From positions 1,888,001-1,952,000 of the forward strand of contig CAWBOS010000010.1 of assembly GCA_963790475.1 (NCBI GenBank): DNA of 64,000 nucleotides. Direction: 5' to 3'. Both the position numbers and the translations under genes were made by a program. Below, one piece after another: positions 29,778 through 41,539 of this stretch. The notes beneath the pieces were generated by a model that worked only from the letters and a program-made list of their open reading frames with translations, did not search any database and was not told the origin of the DNA. This DNA comes from an uncultured delta proteobacterium. Lineage in GTDB: Bacteria > Desulfobacterota > RBG-13-43-22. The stretch's first letter is position 1. Each line of letters starts with the position of its first letter.

Positions 29778-30683
29778 ATGACCTCAATCCGTCAAATCAT
29801 TGATGATTTCCTTAAGCAGAATGAGGCCGAAAGAAGGTTGTCGTCTCATTCCTTACGAGGATATGGTCATGATTTGGCGGAGTTTTTAAATTATCTGGGA
29901 ACCCAGGGCGTGGAGGAAACCGGGCAGTTGGATCTGCCATTATTAAGAGGTTTTCTGGCCCAGCTCCACAAAAAAAACAAAAAAAGCACGGTGGCTCGAA
30001 AAATGGCCGCGCTTCGTTCCTGTTTCGGATATGCCCAGAAAAAAGGCTGGATACTGGAAAACCCGATAGCCCAGGTCCGAACTCCCAAGATTGAAAAAAC
30101 AATCCCTCCCTTCCTTTCGGAGAAGGAAGTGGGCATTCTATTGCAGGAGCCGGTCACCGATTCCTTGTTGGTACTCCGGGATCAGGCTTTTCTGGAACTT
30201 TTTTATGCCTCGGGATTGCGGTTAATGGAATTAACCCTTTTGGATTGGAGTTCCCTGGATCTTTCCCTCGGATTACTCCGGGTGGTCGGAAAAGGGGGGA
30301 AGGAAAGAATGGTCCCCATGGGACGGAAGGCCATCGAATCTTTAATGACCTATCAACGAGGCCTGAAACAGGCTGAACGGCGAGAGGAATTCAAGATTGT
30401 GGATCATCAGGCGGTATTCCTGAACCGGTTCGGGAAACGGGTCAGCGATCGGACCATTGCCCGCAGGTTAAAAAAAAGGGTAATCCAAGGAAATCTGTCT
30501 CCGGCCATCAGTCCCCATTCCCTGCGCCACAGTTTTGCGACCCATCTGCTGAATGCCGGGGCCGACTTACGGATCGTACAGGAACTGTTGGGGCACGCTT
30601 CCCTTTCCACGACCCAGAAATATACGCATATCAGCATGAGTCATTTACTGGAAGTCTATCAAAAGGCCCATCCAAGGGGGTAA
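29778..30683 (+). CDS. xerC: Tyrosine recombinase XerC
   Basis: [45 protein letters not shown]; upstream of hslVU. Confidence 0.88.
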   Translation: MTSIRQIIDDFLKQNEAERRLSSHSLRGYGHDLAEFLNYLGTQGVEETGQLDLPLLRGFLAQLHKKNKKSTVARKMAALRSCFGYAQKKGWILENPIAQVRTPKIEKTIPPFLSEKEVGILLQEPVTDSLLVLRDQAFLELFYASGLRLMELTLLDWSSLDLSLGLLRVVGKGGKERMVPMGRKAIESLMTYQRGLKQAERREEFKIVDHQAVFLNRFGKRVSDRTIARRLKKRVIQGNLSPAISPHSLRHSFATHLLNAGADLRIVQELLGHASLSTTQKYTHISMSHLLEVYQKAHPRG

Positions 30684-30684
30684 G

Positions 30685-31212
30685 ATGTTTGAAGGAACGA
30701 CCATATTGGCCCTGCGTCATCAGGGCAAGGTAGTCATTGCCGGCGACGGCCAGGTCACCATGGGACAAACGGTGATGAAGCATAAAGCCAGAAAGATCCG
30801 GCGGCTGTATCATGACCAGATCCTGACCGGGTTTTCCGGGGCCACGGCCGATGCCCTGACCCTGTTCGAAAAGTTGGAGGCCAAACTGGAACAGTTCAAT
30901 GGAAATTTGACCAGGGCGGCGGTGGAAATGGCCAAAGACTGGCGTACGGATAAAATTTTACGAAGACTGGAAGCCTTATTGCTTGCCGCCGATAAGGACC
31001 ATATTTTGATTCTGTCCGGAACCGGCGATGTCATGGAGCCGGATGAAGAAGTGGCGGCCATAGGTTCCGGCGGTCCCTTGGCCCAGGCTGCGGCCAGGGC
31101 CTTGCTCAGCTTTTCCACCCTTTCCGCCGTTGACATCGCCAGGGAGGCCATGAAAATTGCGGCTTCCCTGTGCATATACACCAACGAGCAGATCGTATTG
31201 GAGGAATTATAG
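30685..31212 (+). CDS. hslV: ATP-dependent protease peptidase subunit HslV
   Basis: [31 protein letters not shown]. Confidence 0.96.
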   Translation: MFEGTTILALRHQGKVVIAGDGQVTMGQTVMKHKARKIRRLYHDQILTGFSGATADALTLFEKLEAKLEQFNGNLTRAAVEMAKDWRTDKILRRLEALLLAADKDHILILSGTGDVMEPDEEVAAIGSGGPLAQAAARALLSFSTLSAVDIAREAMKIAASLCIYTNEQIVLEEL

Positions 31213-31213
31213 A

Positions 31214-32593
31214 TTGGTCAATGAATATTTAACACCCCGAGAAATCGTTTCTGAACTGGACAAATATATCGTCGGTCAGGATGCGGCCAAACGAACGGTA
31301 GCCATCGCCTTACGGAATCGCTGGCGCAGACAGCAGGTCCCTGAGGCGATTCGAGAGGAAATCGCTCCAAAGAATATAATTATGATCGGCCCCACCGGGG
31401 TCGGCAAGACCGAGATTTCCAGGCGGCTGGCCCGATTGGCCCAATCCCCCTTTCTGAAGGTGGAGGTCACCAAGTTTACGGAAGTGGGTTATGTGGGCAG
31501 GGACGTGGAGTCCATGGTTCGGGACCTTATGGAATTGGCCGTTAATATGATCAAGGGCGAAGAAAAACAAAAGGTCATGGCCAAGGCCAGGGAGATTGCC
31601 GAAGAACGATTATTGGACTTATTGCTTCCTCCCAAGACCGAAACTCCAAAGCCTGAAGAACCTGTTGGTCAGGAAAAAATTTTAGAAGTGGTCAGGAAAC
31701 CCAGTCCCGAACCTTTATCCACCCGGGAAAAGCTGCGAACCCTCTTTCAAGAAGGAAAGCTGGGGGAGCGCTTTGTGGACATGGAAGTCACCCAAAGATC
31801 GATCCCGATGGTGGAGATCTTTTCCACTGCGGGGATGGAAGAGATGGACTTCAATTTAAAAGATATGTTCGGGAACCTTTTCCCCAAAAAAACCAAACAC
31901 CGCAAGGTTAAGGTCCCCGATGCCTTTGAGATCCTGGTTCAGGAAGAATCTCAACGCCTGATTGACATGGACAAAGTAACGGAAGAAGCCATCCGCAAGG
32001 TGGAACAGACCGGGATCATCTTTTTGGATGAGATTGATAAAATCGCCGGACGGGGTTCCAGCCACGGACCGGACGTTTCCCGCGAAGGGGTTCAGCGGGA
32101 CCTGCTGCCCATAGTCGAGGGATCGACGGTGACCACCAAATACGGGATGGTGCGGACCGATCACGTCCTGTTTATCGCTTCCGGGGCCTTTCACAATTCC
32201 AAGCCCTCGGATTTGATTCCCGAATTACAGGGCCGGTTTCCCATTAGAGTGGAATTGAATTCCCTGACCCAGGAAGATTTTATTCGTATCTTGACCGAGC
32301 CCCAGGCGGCCCTGATCACCCAATATTGCGAATTGATGAAAACCGAGGGCATCAATCTCACCTTTTTGCCCGAGGCCGTAGCCGAAATCGCCCGCACGGC
32401 CTTTCATGTAAATCAGAGGACGGAAAATATCGGGGCCCGCCGGCTGCATACTATTATGGAGAGACTGCTGGACGATCTGTCTTTTGAGGCCCCGGACCGG
32501 ACGGAAAAAGAGTGTACGGTCAACGCCGAATATGTCCGGAATAAATTGTCGGCTATTGAAGAGAATGAAGATCTGAGCCGATATATCCTGTAA
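31214..32593 (+). CDS. hslU: ATP-dependent protease ATPase subunit HslU
   Basis: [42 protein letters not shown]; probable TTG start at 31214. Confidence 0.96.
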   Translation: MVNEYLTPREIVSELDKYIVGQDAAKRTVAIALRNRWRRQQVPEAIREEIAPKNIIMIGPTGVGKTEISRRLARLAQSPFLKVEVTKFTEVGYVGRDVESMVRDLMELAVNMIKGEEKQKVMAKAREIAEERLLDLLLPPKTETPKPEEPVGQEKILEVVRKPSPEPLSTREKLRTLFQEGKLGERFVDMEVTQRSIPMVEIFSTAGMEEMDFNLKDMFGNLFPKKTKHRKVKVPDAFEILVQEESQRLIDMDKVTEEAIRKVEQTGIIFLDEIDKIAGRGSSHGPDVSREGVQRDLLPIVEGSTVTTKYGMVRTDHVLFIASGAFHNSKPSDLIPELQGRFPIRVELNSLTQEDFIRILTEPQAALITQYCELMKTEGINLTFLPEAVAEIARTAFHVNQRTENIGARRLHTIMERLLDDLSFEAPDRTEKECTVNAEYVRNKLSAIEENEDLSRYIL

Positions 32594-32596
32594 AGA

Positions 32597-33569
<973 letters not shown>

Positions 33570-33575
33570 AAGAAC

Positions 33576-33688
33576 GGTTCAAGGTACAAGGTATAAGGTA
33601 AAAGGAAATGCAGGAAAGGTCGGAATTCTTTAACCTCTGAGGTTGTTGTATTGAACCTTACACCTTAGACCGTGAACCGTGAACCTTT
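33576..33688. repeat. Inverted 7-mer tandem array
   Basis: ggttcaaggtacaaggtataaggtaaaagg ... aaccttacaccttagaccgtgaaccgtgaacctt. Confidence 0.8.
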
Positions 33689-33722
33689 GCGCATGCCTTA
33701 AACCGGAGAGAGGGATTAATTG

Positions 33723-34928
33723 ATGGGAAAGAAACCGGAATCAATAACCGATATTGTCGAACGGTCCGACCAAGTACTGATGCACACCTATGGCCGGATC
33801 CCGGTGGCCTTTGAAAAAGGTCAGGGATGCCGGATCTGGGATCAGGACGGTCGTGTTTATCTGGACTTTTTAGCCGGCATTGCCGTTACGGCCTTGGGGC
33901 ACAGCCACCCTCGGGTGGTTGAAACCATTAAGATTCAGGCGGAAATGCTCCTGCACACCTCGAATCTTTATCATATCGAAAACCAGATCGCCTTGGCCGA
34001 ACTTTTAGTCCATCATTCTTTTGCCGACAAGGCCTTTTTCTGCAACAGCGGGACGGAGGCCAATGAAGGGGCGATAAAACTGGCCCGGCGCTACTCGACC
34101 GAACGTTACGGTCCCCAAAAAACGACCATCATCAGTATGATAAACAGCTTTCACGGCCGAACTCTCGGGTCCCTCTCGGCCACCGGTCAGGAAAAATTTC
34201 AAAAGGGTTTTGGACCTTTGCTTCCCGGTTTTTCTTTTGTGCCCTTTGACGATCTGGCCGCCCTGGACCGGCAGTGGGATGATTCGGTCTGCGCGGTTTT
34301 CATGGAACCGGTTCAGGGTGAAGGGGGTATCCGTGTTCCGGACAAAGACTTCCTGAAAGAAGTCAAAAAGCGCTGTCAGGAAAGACAGGCCTTATTAATA
34401 TTGGATGAAGTCCAAACCGGTCTGGGTCGGACAGGAACCCTTTTCTGCCATGAACAGTTTGAGGCCCACCCGGATATCATGACCCTGGCCAAGGCCCTGG
34501 GAAACGGACTTCCGATCGGGGCCTTGTTGGCCACCAACGAGGTGGCCGCAGCTTTTCAACCGGGGACTCACGCGGCCACCTTCGGAGGTAATCCTCTGGT
34601 GACTGCCGCAGCCGGGACCGTCCTTTCCATTATCCTGGAAGAAGGGTTTCTCCCTCGGGTAAGAAAGACAGGGGCCTACTTTGAGGATCAATTGCAGGGG
34701 TTGAAGAAAGAATTCCAGCAAATACTTGACGTCCGGGGTCTGGGACTCCTTTTAGGCATCGCCCTGGATCGGCCGGGTAAGCCGATCGTTGACGCCTGTT
34801 TTCAGCGAGGTTTTTTGATCAATTGTACCCAGGATACGATCCTTCGTTTTGCCCCGCCCCTGATCGTTGAACCGGAGGAGATTGATGCCTTGATTAAGGT
34901 GTTAAGAGATCTTCTGAAAAAAACGTAA
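33723..34928 (+). CDS. argD: Acetylornithine aminotransferase
   Basis: FCNSGTEANE, SFHGRT, EPVQGEGG, DEVQTG, LAKALGNG; position in the arg operon. Confidence 0.93.
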   Translation: MGKKPESITDIVERSDQVLMHTYGRIPVAFEKGQGCRIWDQDGRVYLDFLAGIAVTALGHSHPRVVETIKIQAEMLLHTSNLYHIENQIALAELLVHHSFADKAFFCNSGTEANEGAIKLARRYSTERYGPQKTTIISMINSFHGRTLGSLSATGQEKFQKGFGPLLPGFSFVPFDDLAALDRQWDDSVCAVFMEPVQGEGGIRVPDKDFLKEVKKRCQERQALLILDEVQTGLGRTGTLFCHEQFEAHPDIMTLAKALGNGLPIGALLATNEVAAAFQPGTHAATFGGNPLVTAAAGTVLSIILEEGFLPRVRKTGAYFEDQLQGLKKEFQQILDVRGLGLLLGIALDRPGKPIVDACFQRGFLINCTQDTILRFAPPLIVEPEEIDALIKVLRDLLKKT

Positions 34929-34945
34929 TAATGGGGGGTCTTAAA

Positions 34946-35863
34946 ATGAGTAAAAGAGATTTCCTTAAACTTTCAGACCTGACCGCTTCAGAGATTGAGT
35001 TCATCTGGAAAAGAACCAGGGAATTTAAAGAAGGACGAACACAGGACAAACCCCTTCTGGGAAAAACCATCGGTCTTCTTTTTGAAAAACCATCCACCCG
35101 GACACGCCTTTCTTTTGAAGTGGCCGTTATTCAAACCGGCGGGCATCCGGTTTTTATCAGCAGCCGGGATACTCAGATGGCTCGCAATGAGCCCTTGAAA
35201 GATACGGCCCGGGTCTTATCAAGGTATCTGGACGGCCTAGTGGTTCGCACATTTTCGCAGGAAATTTTTGATGAACTGGCCCGTTTTTCCACTATTCCGA
35301 TCATCAACGCCTTAAGCGATCTTTATCATCCGGCCCAGGTTGTAAGTGACTTATTCACCATTTGGGAGCGAAAAAACAACTTCAGCGGAATGAAAGTGGC
35401 CTGGGTCGGGGATGGAAACAATGTGGCCCACTCCTGGATCGAAGCGGCTTGCCTTTTTCCCTTCCAATTGGTATTGGCCTGCCCCAGGGGATATGAGCCT
35501 GACGATAAAATTTGGAAGAGGGCCAAGAAAGAAGCCGGGGAGCGGATCAGCCTAACCGAAGATCCGGCCGAGGCCGTCCGCGGGGCTCAGGTGATCAACA
35601 CTGATGTCTGGGCCAGTATGGGTCAGGAAGATCAGGCTGCTGAACGGATCAAATTTTTCCAGGCCTTCCAATTAAACAAAACCCTTCTTTCTCTGGCCAA
35701 GCCCGACTGTCTGGTCCTGCACTGCCTACCGGCCCACCGGGGAGAAGAGATTACCGACGATGTCCTGGAAGGTCCCAATTCAGCAGTCTTTGACCAGGCG
35801 GAGAACAAGCTCCATGTGCATAAGGCGCTTTTGGAATATGTTTTATCGAGCACTAACGAATGA
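34946..35863 (+). CDS. argF: Ornithine carbamoyltransferase
   Basis: FEKPSTRTR, HPAQ, DVWASMG, HCLPAHRGEE, QAENK. Confidence 0.95.
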   Translation: MSKRDFLKLSDLTASEIEFIWKRTREFKEGRTQDKPLLGKTIGLLFEKPSTRTRLSFEVAVIQTGGHPVFISSRDTQMARNEPLKDTARVLSRYLDGLVVRTFSQEIFDELARFSTIPIINALSDLYHPAQVVSDLFTIWERKNNFSGMKVAWVGDGNNVAHSWIEAACLFPFQLVLACPRGYEPDDKIWKRAKKEAGERISLTEDPAEAVRGAQVINTDVWASMGQEDQAAERIKFFQAFQLNKTLLSLAKPDCLVLHCLPAHRGEEITDDVLEGPNSAVFDQAENKLHVHKALLEYVLSSTNE

Positions 35864-36021
35864 GAAAAGAATAAGCGGGAGGAGAATCAAGGGGGATAAT
35901 TTTTAGTTCGGAGTGAATAGTTCGGAGTAAAATCTCATCACTTCGAACACCTAACTCTTAACTGGTGTAATAAAAGCCACGAAGCCTTTAATTCTGTTTG
36001 TTGGGAACGGAGAAAAATATA

Positions 36022-37227
36022 ATGAAAATCGTTTTGGCTTATTCCGGAGGATTGGATACCTCGGTCATATTGAAATGGCTTAAGGAAACTTACCAAGCCG
36101 AGGTCATCGCCTTTTCCGCCGACCTGGGTCAGGAAGAGGACTGGTCGGCCATAGAAAAAAAGGCCCTGCAAACCGGGGCTTCCAAGTTTGTAGTCAAAGA
36201 CTTGAAAGAAGAATTTGTCGGTCAGTATATCTTTCCGGCCTTTCGCGCCAATGCCGCCTATGAGCAGCATTATCTTTTGGGAACTTCTTTGGCCCGGCCG
36301 ATTATCGCTAAACACCAGGTCATGGTGGCCGAGGCCGAGGGAGCCGGTGCCATCAGTCATGGGGCCACAGGCAAGGGCAATGACCAGGTCCGTTTTGAGT
36401 TGACCTGTATGGCCCTCAATCCCTCCCTTAAAATCATCGCCCCCTGGCGGGAATGGGACTTGAATTCCCGGTCGGCTTTAATTGATTATGCCAGGGACCA
36501 CGGGATTCCCGTGCCGGTTACCCGGGAAAGACCTTATAGTTCCGATGCTAATCTGCTGCATATCAGTTACGAGGGAGGAATTCTCGAGGATCCCTGGATG
36601 GAACCTCCGGCAGACATGTTTCAGATGACCAGATCACCGGAGAAGGCCCCGGACACACCGGAATATATCGAGATCTCTTTTGAAGAGGGAAATCCCACTG
36701 CGCTCAACGGGCAAAAAATGAAACCGGCGGAATTACTTTCCTCCCTGAACCGCATCGGCGGAAGACACGGGATCGGCCGGGTGGACCTGGTGGAGAATCG
36801 TTATGTGGGGATGAAGTCCCGCGGGGTTTATGAGACCCCGGGAGGGACCTTGATCCGCGCCGCGCATCAAGCCATCGAGTCTTTGACCCTGGATCGGGAG
36901 GTCATGCATATTCGGGATTCTCTCATCCCTCGCTATGCGGAGATGGTCTATTATGGGTATTGGTTTTCTCCGGAACGGGAACTACTTCAAAAATTGATGG
37001 ATGAAGCCCAGACCAGGGTTTCGGGCATCGCCCGTTTGAAGTTGTACAAAGGAAATGTGATCCTCGCCGGAAGGAAATCCGACCAATCCCTTTATCGGAT
37101 GGATTTTGCCACCTTTGAAGAAGATCAGGTTTATCACCAAAAAGACGCCGAGGGATTCATCCGGCTTAATGGATTGAGACTGAAGATTCAGAATCTGGTA
37201 TCGAAAAAAAGCCACACGCTAGTTTAA
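36022..37227 (+). CDS. argG: Argininosuccinate synthase
   Basis: [35 protein letters not shown]. Confidence 0.97.
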   Translation: MKIVLAYSGGLDTSVILKWLKETYQAEVIAFSADLGQEEDWSAIEKKALQTGASKFVVKDLKEEFVGQYIFPAFRANAAYEQHYLLGTSLARPIIAKHQVMVAEAEGAGAISHGATGKGNDQVRFELTCMALNPSLKIIAPWREWDLNSRSALIDYARDHGIPVPVTRERPYSSDANLLHISYEGGILEDPWMEPPADMFQMTRSPEKAPDTPEYIEISFEEGNPTALNGQKMKPAELLSSLNRIGGRHGIGRVDLVENRYVGMKSRGVYETPGGTLIRAAHQAIESLTLDREVMHIRDSLIPRYAEMVYYGYWFSPERELLQKLMDEAQTRVSGIARLKLYKGNVILAGRKSDQSLYRMDFATFEEDQVYHQKDAEGFIRLNGLRLKIQNLVSKKSHTLV

Positions 37228-37249
37228 AGGAACGGCTTCCTCTTTTTTT

Positions 37250-37284
37250 CGAACCTTGAACCTTGAACCTTAAACTTTGAACCT
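37250..37284 (+). repeat. 7-mer tandem array (GAACCTT)n
   Basis: cgaaccttgaaccttgaaccttaaactttgaacct. Confidence 0.75.
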
Positions 37285-37294
37285 CGGTAATGAT

Positions 37295-38719
37295 ATGAAA
37301 CCTTCACCATCAAGAAAAAAGAAGAGTTCGGAGAAACTCTGGGCCGGGCGTTTCTCTGAGGCCACCGACCCTTTGGTGGATATTTTCACCAATTCCATCC
37401 CTTTTGACTATCGATTATTGCCTTACGATTTGGTGGGGAGTCTGGCCCACTTGAACATGTTGGCCCGGCAAGGGATCATCCCCGCCCGGGAGGCCAAGCG
37501 CATCCGCAGAGGTCTTTTGGAAATTCAAAAGGAAGGGAACCAAGGAAAACTGACTTTCCCTCTTGAAGATGAAGACGTCCACATGTTTGTGGAAAAGCGT
37601 CTAACACAGAAAATCGGGCCAATAGCCGGAAAACTCCATATCGCCCGAAGCCGTAATGATCAGGTGGCCCTGGATTTGCGGCTCTATCTGAGAGATCAGA
37701 TACGGGATCTGAAGATAGAACTCCAATCTTTGCAAAAAACCTTACTGGAAACAGCCAAGAATCAAGGTCATCTGATCCTTCCCGGTTATACCCATTTACA
37801 GCGAGCCCAACCGGTAATCCTGGGCCATCACCTGCTGGCCTATCTGGAGATGTTTTGCCGGGATCAGGAACGGTTAAGCGAAGTCTTCAGGCGGGTCAAC
37901 ATCCTCCCCTTGGGAAGCGCGGCCCTGGCCGGCACTTCCTTTCCTATCGACCGCACCCAGGTGGCGCGGGAACTGGGTTTTAGTCAGATTTCCCCCAATA
38001 GTATGGATGCGGTCAGTGACCGGGATTTTGTCATCGAATTCCTGTCTGCCGGGGCGATTCTGATGATGCATTATTCCCGGATGTCCGAAGAATTGATCCT
38101 CTGGTCCGGTTCGGAATTCAATTTTGTGGAGATCAGTGATGCCTTTTGCACCGGCAGCAGCATCATGCCCCAGAAAAAAAATCCCGATGTCCCGGAATTG
38201 ATTCGTGGGAAGACAGGCCGGGTTTACGGCCATCTGATGGGGATGTTGACCACTATGAAGGCCTTACCCTTAACCTATAACAAGGATTTACAAGAAGATA
38301 AAGAGCCGGTTTTTGATTCGGTGGAGACCCTGCTTAACTGCACCCGGCTGCTGAGTGGCCTCTGGTCCAATATCCGGTTCAAGGCCGAGATGATGAAGAA
38401 GGCCGCCGAAACAGGATATCTGCTGGCTACGGATCTGGCCGATTACCTGGTCAAAAAGGGATTGGATTTTAGAACGGCCCATCATGCCGTGGGGACCATC
38501 GTGGCTTATGCTCAGGAAAGAAACCTGGAACTCAGAGACATCCCCTTATCTACCCTAAGGACTTTCCATTCCATTTTTGGGGCGAATGTTGACTCCGTTC
38601 TGAATCTTGAATCGGCGATGGCCCAACGGAATTCTCAGGGAGGAACCGCTCCCCAGCAGGTCAAGAAGGCCTTAAGAGATATGGAGAAGAGGATATGTTC
38701 TTTGCAGTTCAGCGGATAA
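37295..38719 (+). CDS. argH: Argininosuccinate lyase
   Basis: KLWAGRF, RSRNDQVALD, PGYTHLQRAQP, GSSIMPQKKNPD, YNKDLQEDKE. Confidence 0.96.
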   Translation: MKPSPSRKKKSSEKLWAGRFSEATDPLVDIFTNSIPFDYRLLPYDLVGSLAHLNMLARQGIIPAREAKRIRRGLLEIQKEGNQGKLTFPLEDEDVHMFVEKRLTQKIGPIAGKLHIARSRNDQVALDLRLYLRDQIRDLKIELQSLQKTLLETAKNQGHLILPGYTHLQRAQPVILGHHLLAYLEMFCRDQERLSEVFRRVNILPLGSAALAGTSFPIDRTQVARELGFSQISPNSMDAVSDRDFVIEFLSAGAILMMHYSRMSEELILWSGSEFNFVEISDAFCTGSSIMPQKKNPDVPELIRGKTGRVYGHLMGMLTTMKALPLTYNKDLQEDKEPVFDSVETLLNCTRLLSGLWSNIRFKAEMMKKAAETGYLLATDLADYLVKKGLDFRTAHHAVGTIVAYAQERNLELRDIPLSTLRTFHSIFGANVDSVLNLESAMAQRNSQGGTAPQQVKKALRDMEKRICSLQFSG

Positions 38720-39780
38720 AAAAATGGATGGTGATCCTGGTTTGGTTTTTGCTGATGATAAGCCTGTTGGCTTGTGGGAAAAAAGCCAACCCGGTCATTC
38801 CGGTAGCGGTAATCCCCAACGGAATCGAAAATCTCAGTTACCAAATCAAGGGGAAAACCTTGATAGTCTTCTGGGGTATCCCCGCGCAAAATACCGATGG
38901 GAGTCCTTTAACCGACTTGAAGGGTTTCAGAGTCCAAAAAGGGGAATGGCCGACCAAAGATTTTTGCGCCACCTGTCCCGATCAATTTCAGCAAACTTTG
39001 TGGATTGATCTGAAAGGTCCCGAACTGCCGGACATCCGGATTGAACCGGATCAGGTCCAACTGATCCTTAACCGCCTCAATCCCGGCAATACCTATTTTT
39101 TCCAGGTGACAGCGGTAACAAAAAAAGAGGCGGCCAGTAAGCCTTCCAAGACCCTGCGCCTGTCCTGGGAACTCCCGCTTTCCCCGCCATCGGGACTTCA
39201 AATGAAACCCGATCCAAAGGGTCTGTTGATCTCCTGGAACCCATCCCTAACCTTAATCAATGGGACACCCGCGGTGGACTTGGCCGGTTATACCCTGGAA
39301 CGGAGAATGGAGAAAGGACCCTGGCAGAAGCTCAATACCGACCCCATAAAAGAATCAAAATATATCGATTCGGAACTTCAGGAAAACGTCACCTATGCCT
39401 ATCGGGTTAAAGCCCTGCGCCAGATCCAGGGGAATCTTCTGGAGAGTGAGTTATCGGAAGAAAAGGAGATCCTTTTTACCCGCACCACCCCGCCTCCGCC
39501 CGTTCAGGATTTGATCGCCATAGTCAATCCCACCGGGGTGGAGCTTCGCTGGCAGGGGATTGAAACGGAAACACCCAGCGGTTATTATATCTACAGGAGA
39601 ACGAAAGGCGAAAAGACACCCGTCCGGATCACTCCCAAGACGGTCCTGGATACGATATATGAAGACCGGCAGGTTAAACCGGGGACGTCTTATTTGTATT
39701 CCGTCAGCGCGGTCGGGTCGGCCCCGGCCTTGCGGGAAGGTCCGAGGTCCAAGGAAACTGAAATAACCTATAACCCCTGA
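38695..39780 (+). CDS. Lipoprotein with fibronectin type III repeats
   Basis: Lipobox LLAC-GKK; three FN3-like repeats (W..P, GY.I.R, Y.Y.V.A); CxxC in the first repeat. Confidence 0.8.
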   Translation: MFFAVQRIKKWMVILVWFLLMISLLACGKKANPVIPVAVIPNGIENLSYQIKGKTLIVFWGIPAQNTDGSPLTDLKGFRVQKGEWPTKDFCATCPDQFQQTLWIDLKGPELPDIRIEPDQVQLILNRLNPGNTYFFQVTAVTKKEAASKPSKTLRLSWELPLSPPSGLQMKPDPKGLLISWNPSLTLINGTPAVDLAGYTLERRMEKGPWQKLNTDPIKESKYIDSELQENVTYAYRVKALRQIQGNLLESELSEEKEILFTRTTPPPPVQDLIAIVNPTGVELRWQGIETETPSGYYIYRRTKGEKTPVRITPKTVLDTIYEDRQVKPGTSYLYSVSAVGSAPALREGPRSKETEITYNP

Positions 39781-40165
39781 ATCCAAAAATCAGGAGTCTG
39801 GAGGCAAAAGTCAGAAGATAGAAGTTAGAAATTAATTCTGATGAGTTCGCAAAAAGTAGTCACCCCGGTAAAACCGAGGTCCGGGAGACTTTTAATTACT
39901 TAACTATCGGATTCCGGCTTTCGAGGCTGTGTCGCAATTACTGCAAGTACCATAAAAGGCGTCATACCGGCGAAAGCCGGTATCCAGAACTTATTGGAAA
40001 TACTGGACTTCGTGTTGCGCTTCGCTTGCACGAAATGACATAAATGCAATTGCGACACAGTCTCTTCACCGGAATGACAACCGGGGGCTTTTAGCAGCTT
40101 TCCCATTTTCATTCCTTATTCGTTTTTTTCCTTCTGACTTCTGGCTCCTGGATTCTGGATTCTAA
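39779..40165. repeat. Composite repeat: 7-mer arms enclosing a REP-like palindromic element
   Basis: Left arm gaatccaaaaatcaggagtctggag...agtcagaag, right arm cttctgacttctggctcctggattctggattct; inner GTCACCCCGG..GGATTCCGGCTTTC/ACCGGAATGAC at 39859-40078. Confidence 0.75.
39923..40064. mobile_element. 142-bp MITE-like element with 3-bp target duplication
   Basis: TIRs GAGGCTGTGTCGCAATT / AATTGCGACACAGTCTC, flanked by TTC on both sides. Confidence 0.8.
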
Positions 40166-40184
40166 CTTTATGAAGGCTCTTAAC

Positions 40185-41435
40185 ATGCACCATTTCCAAT
40201 TTAAAAAAAACAGACTTTATGCTGAAGGGCTCTCGGTGGATGAAATCGCCGATCAGGTGGGGACTCCTTTTTACCTATACAGCCAAGCAACATTGGAACG
40301 CCATTTTAAGGGCTTCGACCGGGCCTTTTCCAAAACCTCGCATCTCATCTGCTATTCCCAAAAGGCCAATTCCAACCTGGCCTTGCTGCATCTTTTCGGC
40401 CGACTGGGGGGTGGAACCGATATCGTTTCCGGTGGAGAGCTTTATCGGGCCTTGAAAGCCGGCATCCCCCCGGAAAGGATTGTTTATTCAGGTGTGGGGA
40501 AGACTTCGGATGAGATTCGTTATGCCTTGAAAGAAAAAATCCTGCTCTTGAATATCGAATCTCCCGAGGAACTTAAGTTAGTCAACACCATCGCCGGGCA
40601 GATGAAGAGAAAAGCTTCTATCGGCATCCGAGTCAATCCGGATATTGATCCCCAGACCCATCCTTATATCTCCACCGGACTGAAGAAAAATAAGTTCGGG
40701 ATCAATATTCATCAATCGCTGGAAGAATATCAATTGGCTAAAAATCTGCCTCATATCATCATCGCCGGGGTCGATTTCCATATCGGTTCCCAGTTGCTGG
40801 CCACCCAGCCCTTCCTGGCGGCCATTGGGAAATTAAAAATGCTGATCAGCCAATTAAAAAAAATGGAGATCGAGATACAATATGTCGACCTGGGAGGGGG
40901 ATTGGGAATCACTTATGATCAGGAGGAACCGCCTCATCCTAAAGAATACGGCCGGGACATTCTTCGGGAATTAGGCAAAATCCCTTACACCCTGATACTG
41001 GAGCCGGGGAGGGTCCTGGTCGGTAATGCCGGTATCCTGGTGACCAAGGTCTTATATGTTAAAAAGGGAGAGGAAAAGAATTTCATCATTGTCGATGCCG
41101 GCATGAACGATCTGCTTCGCCCTTCTTTGTACGGCGCTTATCATCACATTCAGCCGGTCGTTCGCACAAATCGGCCCCTTATTCAGGCCGACGTGGTCGG
41201 GCCTATCTGTGAAAGTGGGGATTTTTTGGGAAAAGACCGAAAGCTGGCCCACCCGGAGACCGGAGATCTCCTGGCCGTCATGAGTGCCGGGGCCTACGGG
41301 TTTACCATGTCCAGCAACTATAATTCCAGACCCCGGGCGGCCGAGGTCATGGTCCGCGGGAAGGAATTCCAGGTCATCCGGAAACGGGAGACCTACGCCC
41401 AAATGACAGCCCTGGAGAAGATTACGGAATTTTAA
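40185..41435 (+). CDS. lysA: Diaminopimelate decarboxylase
   Basis: YSQKANSN, VSGGEL, HPYISTG, HIGSQ, EPGR, GPICESGD, SNYNSRPR. Confidence 0.96.
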   Translation: MHHFQFKKNRLYAEGLSVDEIADQVGTPFYLYSQATLERHFKGFDRAFSKTSHLICYSQKANSNLALLHLFGRLGGGTDIVSGGELYRALKAGIPPERIVYSGVGKTSDEIRYALKEKILLLNIESPEELKLVNTIAGQMKRKASIGIRVNPDIDPQTHPYISTGLKKNKFGINIHQSLEEYQLAKNLPHIIIAGVDFHIGSQLLATQPFLAAIGKLKMLISQLKKMEIEIQYVDLGGGLGITYDQEEPPHPKEYGRDILRELGKIPYTLILEPGRVLVGNAGILVTKVLYVKKGEEKNFIIVDAGMNDLLRPSLYGAYHHIQPVVRTNRPLIQADVVGPICESGDFLGKDRKLAHPETGDLLAVMSAGAYGFTMSSNYNSRPRAAEVMVRGKEFQVIRKRETYAQMTALEKITEF

Positions 41436-41447
41436 ATAAGGGAGAAT

Positions 41448-41522
41448 AGGCTGAAGACTGAAGACTGAAAGACCAATTAATTCGAGTTAGGCGATTTTTC
41501 CACCCTTTGCCCTCTGCCCTTT
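41448..41522. repeat. 7-mer tandem arms
   Basis: ggctgaagactgaagactgaaag ... ccctttgccctctgcccttt. Confidence 0.65.
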
Positions 41523-41539
41523 CCCCAAAACGAAATGAA

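Noticed and set aside
29778-30683. Tyrosine recombinase as the integrase of a mobile element or integron
   Set aside because: Typical XerC size and motifs in the usual xerC-hslVU context; no IntI-specific insertion.
39900-40112. 70-aa ORF containing WIPAFAGMT
   Set aside because: Translation of the palindromic repeat, not a gene.
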